Of a DNA stretch of 64,000 nt, positions 23,961-36,149 are shown one piece after another. Numbering within the stretch: the stretch's first letter is position 1; each line of letters begins with the position of its first letter. The notes under the pieces are model-generated. The model saw only the letters and a program-made list of their open reading frames with translations, ran no database searches and had not been told where the DNA came from. The DNA is taken from contig JBHGNT010000012.1 of assembly GCA_043228905.1 (NCBI GenBank), forward strand, positions 19,716,001 to 19,780,000. Direction: 5' to 3'. This DNA is from Azolla caroliniana (Eukaryota; Plantae; Polypodiophyta). A program made the position numbers and the translations under genes.

Positions 23961-24167
23961 ACTTAATTAAACTATGAAATGAAAAAAAACAGAAAATGGA
24001 ACTTAATTAAACTATGAAATGATGAAAAAAACAGAAAATGGAACTTAATTAAACTATGAAATGATGAAAAAAACAGAAAATGGTACTTAATTAAACTATG
24101 AAATGATGAAAAAAACAGAAAATGGAACTTAATTAAACTATGAAATGATGAAAAAAATAGAAAATGG
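23961..24167. repeat. Tandem repeat, 5 x 40-43 bp
   Basis: acttaattaaactatgaaatgatgaaaaaaacagaaaatgg units. Confidence 0.9.
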
Positions 24168-24277
24168 TGGTTCTCTTGCGATTTCTTCCTTCGTTGAGTG
24201 GTTTGCCTCCAAGTTTTTGACTACTCGAAAATGGGCTTCAATCGTCGGTCGTATCCCCGACAGCGACGCCAAATAGA

Positions 24278-24844
24278 TATTAAGGATCTATGTATCGATG
24301 GAGTAAGCTCCTCGATGTTGTGCAGGATTTGGACCGGCGTATACCCTCTTGATGGTGAATCGGGTGGAGATGGTTGTCGGATACCTCCGAGCCTCACACT
24401 CACTCAACGATTAGTAAATGATTAAGCACGATATCTCTCTCACTCTCTCAAGCTCTCTCTCATAAACAATAGATCAATAGTATAGACAATAAGAAGCAAG
24501 AGTATGTCTATTATTAACCCTCTTTGCTAAGAGGTCTAGCACCAACAAGGAGAGAGATTAGTGTTCTCTCACTCAACACTTCACTAATCTCTCTTAAGCT
24601 CAAAGGTTTACAAGAAAGAGGAGACGAAGCTCTAGCTCTAATCAATAGGAGATCTTTACAAATGGGAGAACCCTCACAAAGCCACTACTATGTGGTTTAT
24701 ATAGCTTTCACGTTTAGGGTATGGGCCTTTCACATTTGGCCGTCTCTTTGCTTTCCTTTCCTCTTGCCGTTTCCTCTTCGTACTACGTCCTTGTTGATGC
24801 GTTCTTATTCGTGACTAGTTGTGTTGTTATCCCAACGCTTAACA
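24278..24844 (-). repeat. 5' LTR of the nested gypsy (567 bp)
   Basis: Matches 14264-14831; plus-strand terminal TG mutated to TA; adjacent to the PBS. Confidence 0.95.
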
Positions 24845-24849
24845 CTATC

Positions 24850-25480
24850 ACACGACCTGACATCAACTATTCGGTCGGAATGATAAGTCAGTTCATGCAG
24901 AAGCCGACTGTGGACCACCTTCAGTGCGCGCAGCGGATACTGCGATATGTAAGCGACACGAAGGACCGGGGACTATTATACCGGCGAGGTATAACCGAAG
25001 AGCTCGTCGGTTACACGGATGACGACTGGGCCAACGATGCATCAGATCGCCGATCAACCTCTGGTTATATGTTTTCCCTAGGGAGTGTAGCTGTTGCGTG
25101 GAGTAGCAAAAAGCAGCCAACAGTGGCTCTATCAAGCATTGAGGCTAAGTACTGGGGCGTTACCATTGCCACCTGCGAAGCCTTTTGGCTTCAACGATTG
25201 CTGTGGGACTTGCGGATCGAGGTACGACCCCGATCCTAATTTATTGTGATAACATTAGCAGCATGCAGCTCGCCAAGAACCCTATGCTCCATGCTCGCAC
25301 GAAGCACATAGAAGTGCATTATCACTTTGTGCGTGAGCGGGTCCTGAGCGGTGAAGTTGAACTATGGTATGTTCAGACAGATTGGTAGGTTGCCGACATC
25401 TTCACCAAGCTGCTCGGATCGGACAAGTTGCAGCACTTCACCGAAATGCTTGGTGTTCAGCATCTCGACGTGCCACACTT
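24850..25480 (+). pseudogene. Copia pol, 3' part (RT end and RNase H)
   Basis: TRPDINYSVG...DRRSTSGY...SKKQPTVALSS...ARTKHIEVHYHFVRE; resumes exactly after the CTATC TSD. Confidence 0.95.
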
Positions 25481-25945
25481 GAGGGGGAGAACGAGAAGAG
25501 ACACCGGAATGGGCAAAGGCAAAGACTGTCGATTGCGCCGGACCGAAGGAAGAAGGCCAAGACCCGGACATGGTCCGATGTGGTAAAGGGCTTGGAACCA
25601 GAAGACGAATCGGGACAACCGATTCAACAGACAGATTCGAAAGAACCGGATCAATTCAAGGCCAAGCAGACACAGATGCAGCGAAAGTCGATGCCATCGC
25701 AAAGGAACCAACAGATCGATAAGCGCCGAAGTCATAGCAGCGAAGGAGTTGAGAGGGGCCTGTTGAGCAGACATACCGACCGAGAAGGTTGAGGGGCCCA
25801 AAACAAGAGGGGTCGCGTCAAACAGAACCGGGCCGGACGAGGAGCGCGAGCAAGGCGAAGCGACGCCAGAAGAAGTCGGTTGGAAGAACTGACTGCCACA
25901 GAGGCTGACACTAGGATCCAACCTCAAGTTGAGCTTTAGGGGGAG

Positions 25946-26378
25946 TGTTGAGTGTCAAGCTCAACTGGAGCCGGATCGGCTGGATAAGCCTGAGCCAGCA
26001 ATCGAGATGGATCGGTAAGCTGTGAGCAACCGAACCGGCAAGCAACAGATCCGGTGAGCTGGGGAGCCGGTTAGCCGGTTAGCCGGATCCAATCGGTAAC
26101 TGGAAGCCTAGTATTAGTTTAGACTACTAGGCAATTATAGTCTCGTAGTAAGTGTCAGAAGCTCGTGTGAGCATTAAAGTACGTGGTACTTGTGTCAGTC
26201 CCACGAGGACTTGTATAAATAGTGCTATTGAGCACAATTGTATGTGACAAAGTGTTTTATATTTTTTGAATATAGCTTTGAGGTTCTGCTCTCTCTGTCT
26301 CTCCCTGTCTCTCCCCGTGTACTCTGTGTATTCCCTGATTTCCCTGTCTTTTAACGCTTCCGCAAGTAATCGTTTTCA
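25946..26378 (+). repeat. 3' LTR of the Copia at 10127
   Basis: TGTTGAGT...TTTTCA followed by TSD GCAAG. Confidence 0.95.
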
Positions 26379-26814
26379 GCAAGTTTATGAGTGATTAAGA
26401 CAAGCCTCTAGTGGATTCATCTTTTCTTATTATCACCCTACCCCTCCTACATTTTTCTAGATTTTTACGCATACCCCTCCCTCCTCTTTTTCTACAATGA
26501 CTACCCCGACCACTTTCAATAATTTTATTCTACCCCTCCCCTTTTTCTTTCTTCTAGATCTCAATCTAGCCTTCCCTCCACTTTAATTTTAATTTCTTTC
26601 TACCCCTCCCCTTTCTCTAAATTTTTCTTCGTACCCCTCCCCTCTTCTTGTTTCTAAATTTCAACCTACCCTTCCCCCTTACTCAAATTCATGCTTTCAA
26701 TCTACCCCTCCCTCTCACAGCCCCCTCCATTTTCCAAAGATCTTCATAAAATCTTTTACTCCCCACCACTATACAAAACAGAAAAACTAACAAACACGCT
26801 CTCTTTTATCGTAA

Positions 26815-26995
26815 TTACCTTACCATAGTGGTAAGTTATTAACACTACAAGCACTCCATCATGGGTTCGAAACCCAATTTCCTCACCTCTTTATTATATA
26901 CTCTTAATTCACTAGATGCCATTGTGGAATGTAGGGGTTGAACCCATGACCACCTCGTCTCCATTGGGCCACCTTATCAACTGAGCTACATGTCT
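26815..26995. other. Two convergent degenerate tRNA-like (A box/B box) fragments
   Basis: Plus strand: TACCATAGTGG...GGTTCGAAACC (26821-26874). Minus strand: TAGCTCAGTTG...GGTTCAACCCC (about 26989-26934). No complete cloverleaf. Confidence 0.45.
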
Positions 26996-27125
26996 CTCTC
27001 TTTCTATTTGTCTCTCTACTCTCATCTCCCCTCTCGTGCCCCCCCCCCCCTTTCAAATAAGCCCATAAAATCTTTTACTCCCCGCTATATCCACCACCTT
27101 TCCTAACTCCCACATCATACATTTT

Positions 27126-27127
<2 letters not shown>

Positions 27128-27165
<38 letters not shown>

Positions 27166-27301
27166 CTTACCTTCCCTATATAAACCCCTCTAAATTTACA
27201 TGGTCATGTGCACTACTAAGCTCCTTTGGAGCGAAACTAGTTTGCCATCAACCATGCTTGTATTAGTTTTTAGGTTGTCTAATGAAAAGCTTAGTTTATA
27301 G

Positions 27302-27336
<35 letters not shown>

Positions 27337-27351
27337 TTTGTATATACATAT

Positions 27352-27390
<39 letters not shown>
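27128..27390. repeat. Cluster of three (CT)n microsatellites
   Basis: (CT)n runs at about 27128-27162, 27304-27333 and 27356-27390. Confidence 0.9.
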
Positions 27391-27394
<4 letters not shown>

Positions 27395-28304
27395 ATTCTC
27401 TAACTCTTACTCTATCTCGTACATACTTGCACCTCCCTATTGCTAATCATCAGCACACCTTGTTTCGACCTCACGATCAACAAACCCTAAACCCTAAATC
27501 TGAAACCCTAACCTGTTTCTCTAATCTCTCCCTCTCCCTCTCCATCTTACATATTCGCATCCATTGATTGCTTACCGTCCACAGTCCTTGTTTCAACCTC
27601 ACGGTCTAATAAAGCAAGCCCAAATAAAAAAAGTGATGTATTTTGCAAGGATTTACTTCAATTGCAATACAAAGGGATCAATAACATGGTTTCATAGTAA
27701 AATGCAAAACTAGATTAGTTCTTGTTTACTTCCACAAAACCGATATTTTTGTTTTATAATAATCTCTAGATATTAGAGAATCTATGTGTGACACATAAAA
27801 TCAATTAAAGGTATCTTTCAAGCAAACACCAACTGCAAAACACTCAAGGAATGTGGGAGCCCAATGGTAGAGAACTTTATGTGGCCGAACTCTTGAAATT
27901 TTTAAGGGCAAGTTCATTAAGTCAAAATTATAAATAAGTTTTTTAATATTCAACAAGAAGGAATCCAAACGTATTACAATGTTTAAAGAAGATTGTCTAT
28001 GTGGATTGTAGGACACCTGTGATGTAATTTGTATGGAATTAAAAGAATACATACACATACATATATGTATATTTATGGATATATCATATAGGCATACAAC
28101 CAAGCATACCAACATACACTTGCATAATTGCATTCATAGACACATAAAATATACATGCATACAACTCACATACCATTGCATAGGTAAATCATAACACATT
28201 CATAATCATATTGTGGCAAATGCACAAACTAGCAATTCAATAGCTTGACATATTTACATGGAGATATGTTCATACATATACAGACACAAAAACATATATG
28301 CATA

Positions 28305-31300
28305 GACATACATACATACATACATGGATGGATGTGTATGTGTACAGGCAAGGGACAAGAAGTGGATAGGGATGAGAACGAATCATGAATGGTTGGTCTT
28401 CAATGACAAGGTCACACCACGTGCTTTTTACCATTTTTTTCGTCATATAATCTAAAAAACACGTGATCAATAATCTACTAAAACAAAGTGAGGTGTGAAA
28501 ATCGTTGAATACATTACTCACAAGGGACAACAAAAAGGGTCACGGTTCACCATAGAAGAAGAAGAAACCTTGAGTTTGCATCAACCACACGAGTTGAATT
28601 TCAACTAAGCACTATGATTAGCTCTCTAATATCTAAACTAATCTTAAATAGAACCTACACACATCTAAGTTTTTAATGTCTAACCCTTGGCACAAATCTC
28701 TCGAGTTCTAATGAAGACAAATCTCTAAGGGATAAGCAAGGGTTGTCAAAGTCCTTGTTTGGTACACAACACACCTTACATGATGACAAAAAATTCCACC
28801 ACCTTATCCATTGCTACATGGCCTAAAATAACAATAACCAACACAAACACACAAACATATCTATCTATATCTATATCTATATCTATATATATGTGTGAAT
28901 CTAAAATTTTAACATAAGCGAGAATTTAGACATACATACATGCATGGATGGATTTGTATGTACAGGCAAGGGACAAGAAGTGGATAGGGATGAGAACGAA
29001 TCATGAATGGTTGGTCTTCAATGACAAGGTCACACCATGTGCTTTTCACCATTTTTTTCGTCATAAAATCTAAAAAACACGTGATCAATAATCTACTAAA
29101 ACAAAGTGAGGTGTGAAAATCGTTGAATACATTACTCACAAGGGACTACGAAAAGGGTCACAGTTCACCATAGAAGAAGAAGAAACCTTGAGTTTGCATC
29201 AACCACACGAGTTGAATTTCAACTAAGCACTATGATTAGCTCTCTAATATCTAAACTAATCTTAAATAGAACCTACACATATCTAAGTTTTTAATGTCTA
29301 ACCCTTGGCACAAATCTCTCGAGTTCTAATGAAGACAAATCTCTAAGGGATAAGCAAGGGTTGTCAAAGTCCTTGTTTGGTACACAACACACCTTACATA
29401 ATGACAAAAAATTCCACCACCTTATCCATTGCTACATGGCCTAAAATAACAACAACCAACACAAACACACAAACATATCTATCTATATCTATATCTATAT
29501 CTATATATATGTGTGAATCTAAAATTTTAACATAAGCGAGAATTTAGACATACATACATGCATGGATGGATTTGTATGTACAGGCAAGGGACAAGAAGTG
29601 GATAGGGATGAGAACGAATCATGAATGGTTGGTCTTCAATGACAAGGTCACACCATGTGCTTTTCACCATTTTTTTCGTCATAAAATCTAAAAAACACGT
29701 GATCAATAATCTACTAAAACAAAGTGAGGTGTGAAAATCGTTGAATACATTACTCACAAGGGACTACGAAAAGGGTCACAGTTCACCATAGAAGAAGAAG
29801 AAACCTTGAGTTTGCATCAACCACACGAGTTGAATTTCAACTAAGCACTATGATTAGCTCTCTAATATCTAAACTAATCTTAAATAGAACCTACACACAT
29901 CTAAGTTTTTAATGTCTAACCCTTGGCACAAATCTCTCGAGTTCTAATGAAGACAAATCTCTAAGGGATAAGCAAGGGTTGTCAAAGTCCTTGTTTGGTA
30001 CACAACACACCTTACATGATGACAAAAAATTCCACCACCTTATCCATTGTTACATGGCCTAAAATAACAATAACCAACACAAACACGCAAACATATCTAT
30101 CTATATCTATATCTATATCTATATATATGTGTGAATCTAAAATTTTAACATAAGCGAGAATTTAGACATACATACATGCATGGATGGATTTGTATGTACA
30201 GGCAAGGGACAAGAAGTGGATAGGGATGAGAACGAATCATGAATGGTTGGTCTTCAATGACAAGGTCACACCATGTGCTTTTCACCATTTTTTTCGTCAT
30301 AAAATCTAAAAAACACGTGATCAATAATCTACTAAAACAAAGTGAGGTGTGAAAATCGTTGAATACATTACTCACAAGGGACTACGAAAAGGGTCACGGT
30401 TCACCATAGAAGAAGAAGAAACCTTGAGTTTGCATCAACCACACGAGTTGAATTTCAACTAAGCACTATGATTAGCTCTCTAATATCTAAACTAATCTTA
30501 AATAGAACCTACACACATCTAAGTTTTTAATGTCTAACCCTTGGCACAAATCTCTCGAGTTCTAATGAAGACAAATCTCTAAGGGATAAGCAAGGGTTGT
30601 CAAAGTCCTTGTTTGGTACACAACACACCTTACATGATGACAAAAAATTCCACCACCTTATCCATTGTTACATGGCCTAAAATAACAATAACCAACACAA
30701 ACACACAAACATATCTATCTATATCTATATCTATATCTATATATATGTGTGAATCTAAAATTTTAACATAAGCGAGAATTTAGACATACATACATGCATG
30801 GATGGATTTGTATGTACAGGCAAGGGACAAGAAGTGGATAGGGATGAGAACGAATCATGAATGGTTGGTCTTCAATGACAAGGTCACACCATGTGCTTTT
30901 CACCATTTTTTTCGTCATAAAATCTAAAAAACACGTGATCAATAATCTACTAAAACAAAGTGAGGTGTGAAAATCGTTGAATACATTACTCACAAGGGAC
31001 TACGAAAAGGGTCACAGTTCACCATAGAAGAAGAAGAAACCTTGAGTTTGCATCAACCACACGAGTTGAATTTCAACTAAGCACTATGATTAGCTCTCTA
31101 ATATCTAAACTAATCTTAAATAGAACCTACACACATCTAAGTTTTTAATGTCTAACCCTTGGCACAAATCTCTCGAGTTCTAATGAAGACAAATCTCTAA
31201 GGGATAAGCAAGGGTTGTCAAAGTCCTTGTTTGGTACACAACACACCTTACATGATGACAAAAAATTCCACCACCTTATCCATTGTTACATGGCCTAAAA

Positions 31301-34300
31301 TAACAATAACCAACACAAACACACAAACATATCTATCTATATCTATATCTATATCTATATATATGTGTGAATCTAAAATTTTAACATAAGCGAGAATTTA
31401 GACATACATACATGCATGGATGGATTTGTATGTACAGGCAAGGGACAAGAAGTGGATAGGGATGAGAACGAATCATGAATGGTTGGTCTTCAATGACAAG
31501 GTCACACCATGTGCTTTTCACCATTTTTTTCGTCATAAAATCTAAAAAACACGTGATCAATAATCTACTAAAACAAAGTGAGGTGTGAAAATCGTTGAAT
31601 ACATTACTCACAAGGGACTACGAAAAGGGTCACGGTTCACCATAGAAGAAGAAGAAACCTTGAGTTTGCATCAACCACACGAGTTGAATTTCAACTAAGC
31701 ACTATGATTAGCTCTCTAATATCTAAACTAATCTTAAATAGAACCTACACACATCTAAGTTTTTAATGTCTAACCCTTGGCACAAATCTCTCGAGTTCTA
31801 ATGAAGACAAATCTCTAAGGGATAAGCAAGGGTTGTCAAAGTCCTTGTTTGGTACACAACACACCTTACATGATGACAAAAAATTCCACCACCTTATCCA
31901 TTGTTACATGGCCTAAAATAACAACAACCAACACAAACACACAAACATATCTATCTATATCTATATCTATATCTATATATATGTGTGAATCTAAAATTTT
32001 AACATAAGCGAGAATTTAGACATACATACATGCATGGATGGATTTGTATGTACAGGCAAGGGACAAGAAGTGGATAGGGATGAGAACGAATCATGAATGG
32101 TTGGTCTTCAATGACAAGGTCACACCATGTGCTTTTCACCATTTTTTTCGTCATAAAATCTAAAAAACACGTGATCAATAATCTACTAAAACAAAGTGAG
32201 GTGTGAAAATCGTTGAATACATTACTCACAAGGGACTACGAAAAGGGTCACGGTTCACCATAGAAGAAGAAGAAACCTTGAGTTTGCATCAACCACACGA
32301 GTTGAATTTCAACTAAGCACTATGATTAGCTCTCTAATATCTAAACTAATCTTAAATAGAACCTACACACATCTAAGTTTTTAATGTCTAACCCTTGGCA
32401 CAAATCTCTCGAGTTCTAATGAAGACAAATCTCTAAGGGATAAGCAAGGGTTGTCAAAGTCCTTGTTTGGTACACAACACACCTTACATGATGACAAAAA
32501 ATTCCACCACCTTATCCATTGTTACATGGCCTAAAATAACAACAACCAACACAAACACACAAACATATCTATCTATATCTATATCTATATCTATATATAT
32601 GTGTGAATCTAAAATTTTAACATAAGCGAGAATTTAGACATACATACATGCATGGATGGATTTGTATGTACAGGCAAGGGACAAGAAGTGGATAGGGATG
32701 AGAACGAATCATGAATGGTTGGTCTTCAATGACAAGGTCACACCATGTGCTTTTCACCATTTTTTTCGTCATAAAATCTAAAAAACACGTGATCAATAAT
32801 CTACTAAAACAAAGTGAGGTGTGAAAATCGTTGAATACATTACTCACAAGGGACTACGAAAAGGGTCACAGTTCACCATAGAAGAAGAAGAAACCTTGAG
32901 TTTGCATCAACCACACGAGTTGAATTTCAACTAAGCACTATGATTAGCTCTCTAATATCTAAACTAATCTTAAATAGAACCTACACACATCTAAGTTTTT
33001 AATGTCTAACCCTTGGCACAAATCTCTCGAGTTCTAATGAAGACAAATCTCTAAGGGATAAGCAAGGGTTGTCAAAGTCCTTGTTTGGTACACAACACAC
33101 CTTACATGATGACAAAAAATTCCACCACCTTATCCATTGTTACATGGCCTAAAATAACAACAACCAACACAAACACACAAACATATCTATCTATATCTAT
33201 ATCTATATCTATATATATGTGTGAATCTAAAATTTTAACATAAGCGAGAATTTAGACATACATACATGCATGGATGGATTTGTATGTACAGGCAAGGGAC
33301 AAGAAGTGGATAGGGATGAGAACGAATCATGAATGGTTGGTCTTCAATGACAAGGTCACACCATGTGCTTTTCACCATTTTTTTCGTCATAAAATCTAAA
33401 AAACACGTGATCAATAATCTACTAAAACAAAGTGAGGTGTGAAAATCGTTGAATACATTACTCACAAGGGACTACGAAAAGGGTCACAGTTCACCATAGA
33501 AGAAGAAGAAACCTTGAGTTTGCATCAACCACACGAGTTGAATTTCAACTAAGCACTATGATTAGCTCTCTAATATCTAAACTAATCTTAAATAGAACCT
33601 ACACACATCTAAGTTTTTAATGTCTAACCCTTGGCACAAATCTCTCGAGTTCTAATGAAGACAAATCTCTAAGGGATAAGCAAGGGTTGTCAAAGTCCTT
33701 GTTTGGTACACAACACACCTTACATGATGACAAAAAATTCCACCACCTTATCCATTGCTACATGGCCTAAAATAACAATAACCAACACAAACACACAAAC
33801 ATATCTATCTATATCTATATCTATATCTATATATATGTGTGAATCTAAAATTTTAACATAAGCGAGAATTTAGACATACATACATGCATGGATGGATTTG
33901 TATGTACAGGCAAGGGACAAGAAGTGGATAGGGATGAGAACGAATCATGAATGGTTGGTCTTCAATGACAAGGTCACACCATGTGCTTTTCACCATTTTT
34001 TTCGTCATAAAATCTAAAAAACACGTGATCAATAATCTACTAAAACAAAGTGAGGTGTGAAAATCGTTGAATACATTACTCACAAGGGACTACGAAAAGG
34101 GTCACGGTTCACCATAGAAGAAGAAGAAACCTTGAGTTTGCATCAACCACACGAGTTGAATTTCAACTAAGCACTATGATTAGCTCTCTAATATCTAAAC
34201 TAATCTTAAATAGAACCTACACACATCTAAGTTTTTAATGTCTAACCCTTGGCACAAATCTCTCGAGTTCTAATGAAGACAAATCTCTAAGGGATAAGCA

Positions 34301-35720
34301 AGGGTTGTCAAAGTCCTTGTTTGGTACACAACACACCTTACATGATGACAAAAAATTCCACCACCTTATCCATTGTTACATGGCCTAAAATAACAACAAC
34401 CAACACAAACACACAAACATATCTATCTATATCTATATCTATATCTATATATATGTGTGAATCTAAAATTTTAACATAAGCGAGAATTTAGACATACATA
34501 CATGCATGGATGGATTTGTATGTACAGGCAAGGGACAAGAAGTGGATAGGGATGAGAACGAATCATGAATGGTTGGTCTTCAATGACAAGGTCACACCAT
34601 GTGCTTTTCACCATTTTTTTCGTCATAAAATCTAAAAAACACGTGATCAATAATCTACTAAAACAAAGTGAGGTGTGAAAATCGTTGAATACATTACTCA
34701 CAAGGGACTACGAAAAGGGTCACAGTTCACCATAGAAGAAGAAGAAACCTTGAGTTTGCATCAACCACACGAGTTGAATTTCAACTAAGCACTATGATTA
34801 GCTCTCTAATATCTAAACTAATCTTAAATAGAACCTACACACATCTAAGTTTTTAATGTCTAACCCTTGGCACAAATCTCTCGAGTTCTAATGAAGACAA
34901 ATCTCTAAGGGATAAGCAAGGGTTGTCAAAGTCCTTGTTTGGTACACAACACACCTTACATGATGACAAAAAATTCCACCACCTTATCCATTGCTACATG
35001 GCCTAAAATAACAATAACCAACACAAACACACAAACATATCTATCTATATCTATATCTATATCTATATATATGTGTGAATCTAAAATTTTAACATAAGCG
35101 AGAATTTAGACATACATACATGCATGGATGGATTTGTATGTACAGGCAAGGGACAAGAAGTGGATAGGGATGAGAACGAATCATGAATGGTTGGTCTTCA
35201 ATGACAAGGTCACACCATGTGCTTTTCACCATTTTTTTCGTCATAAAATCTAAAAAACATGTGATCAATAATCTACTAAAACAAAGTGAGGTGTGAAAAT
35301 CGTTGAATACATTACTCACAAGGGACTACGAAAAGGGTCATGGTTCACCATAGAAGAAGAAGAAACCTTGAGTTTGCATCAACTACACGAGTTGAATTTC
35401 AACTTAGCACTATGATTAGCTCTCTAATATCTAAACTAATCTTAAATAGGACCTACACAAATCTAAGTTTTTAATGGCTAACCCTTGGCACAAATCTCTC
35501 GAGTCCTAATGAAGACAAATCTCTAAGTGATAAGCAAGGGTTGTCAAAGTCCTTGTTTGGTACACAACACACCTTACATGATGACAAAAAATTCCACCAC
35601 CTTATCCATTGCTACATGGCCTAAAATAACAATAACCAACACAAACACACAAACATATCTATCTATATCTATATCTATATATGTGTGTGAATCTAAATTT
35701 TTAACATAAGCGAGAATTTA
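28305..35720 (+). repeat. Tandem array of 12 x 618-bp units derived from the tyrosinase promoter, 5' UTR and N-terminal coding sequence
   Basis: Units start at 28305, 28929 and then every 618 bp to 35109; internal units differ at only a few sites; unit aligns to 2938-3495 and to about 4985-5565. Confidence 0.97.
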
Positions 35721-36035
35721 AATCAAGCCCTTTTTACTAAAAACGCAAACTTTAAACACCATAACAAATAGGCAACACCAAAACACTAGAACAAACCGAC
35801 AACACTAAACATCACCTATAAGTTTTAAGTGTCAACAGTCGTTTCTAGATTAGAACACGATGCTAAACATCACTGTATTGGATCTTAAGTTTAATCTTGT
35901 GTTTTTTAAACATTTTGCAAAAAACAAATATAAGAAAAAAGGGGTTTCAAAATCCTCCCTTTCTTATTCTTGTTCTCAAACGCTCCAAGCAAACTCCTCT
36001 TCAAACAACCAAGCATGATACCACCTCAATCCTAA

Positions 36036-36075
<40 letters not shown>

Positions 36076-36149
36076 TAAAAGCACACAATTATATTAATTG
36101 TATGTAAAATCCACTTAGTTACAATACTTCTTAGTCTCCTCTACTTATC

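Larger units (their letters stand above)
14264..24844 (-). mobile_element. Nested Ty3/gypsy non-chromovirus (Athila-like), internally deleted, with extra 3' ORFs
   Basis: LTRs 14264-14831 and 24278-24844; TSD CTATC; minus-strand PBS TGGCGTCGCTGTCGGGGA (degenerate tRNA-Asp PBS TGGCGCCGTTGCCGGGGA) at about 24254-24271; PPT GGGGGAGA at 14832-14839; PR-RH-INT order on the minus strand. Confidence 0.93.
10127..26378 (+). mobile_element. Ty1/copia LTR retrotransposon, decayed, interrupted by a nested gypsy at 14264-24844
   Basis: 433-bp LTRs 10127-10559 and 25946-26378 (TG...CA); TSD GCAAG; PBS TGGTATCAGAG (tRNA-iMet) at 10560; PPT AGGGGGAG before the 3' LTR; order gag-PR-INT-RT-RH. Confidence 0.97.

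Noticed and set aside
28305-35720. 618-bp array as a CRISPR-like array or as 11 copies of a 76-aa gene (MSNVFNDF...)
   Set aside because: There are no unique spacers. The minus-strand ORF begins at GTG, is antisense to promoter-derived DNA, has no recognisable domain and recurs only because the DNA does.
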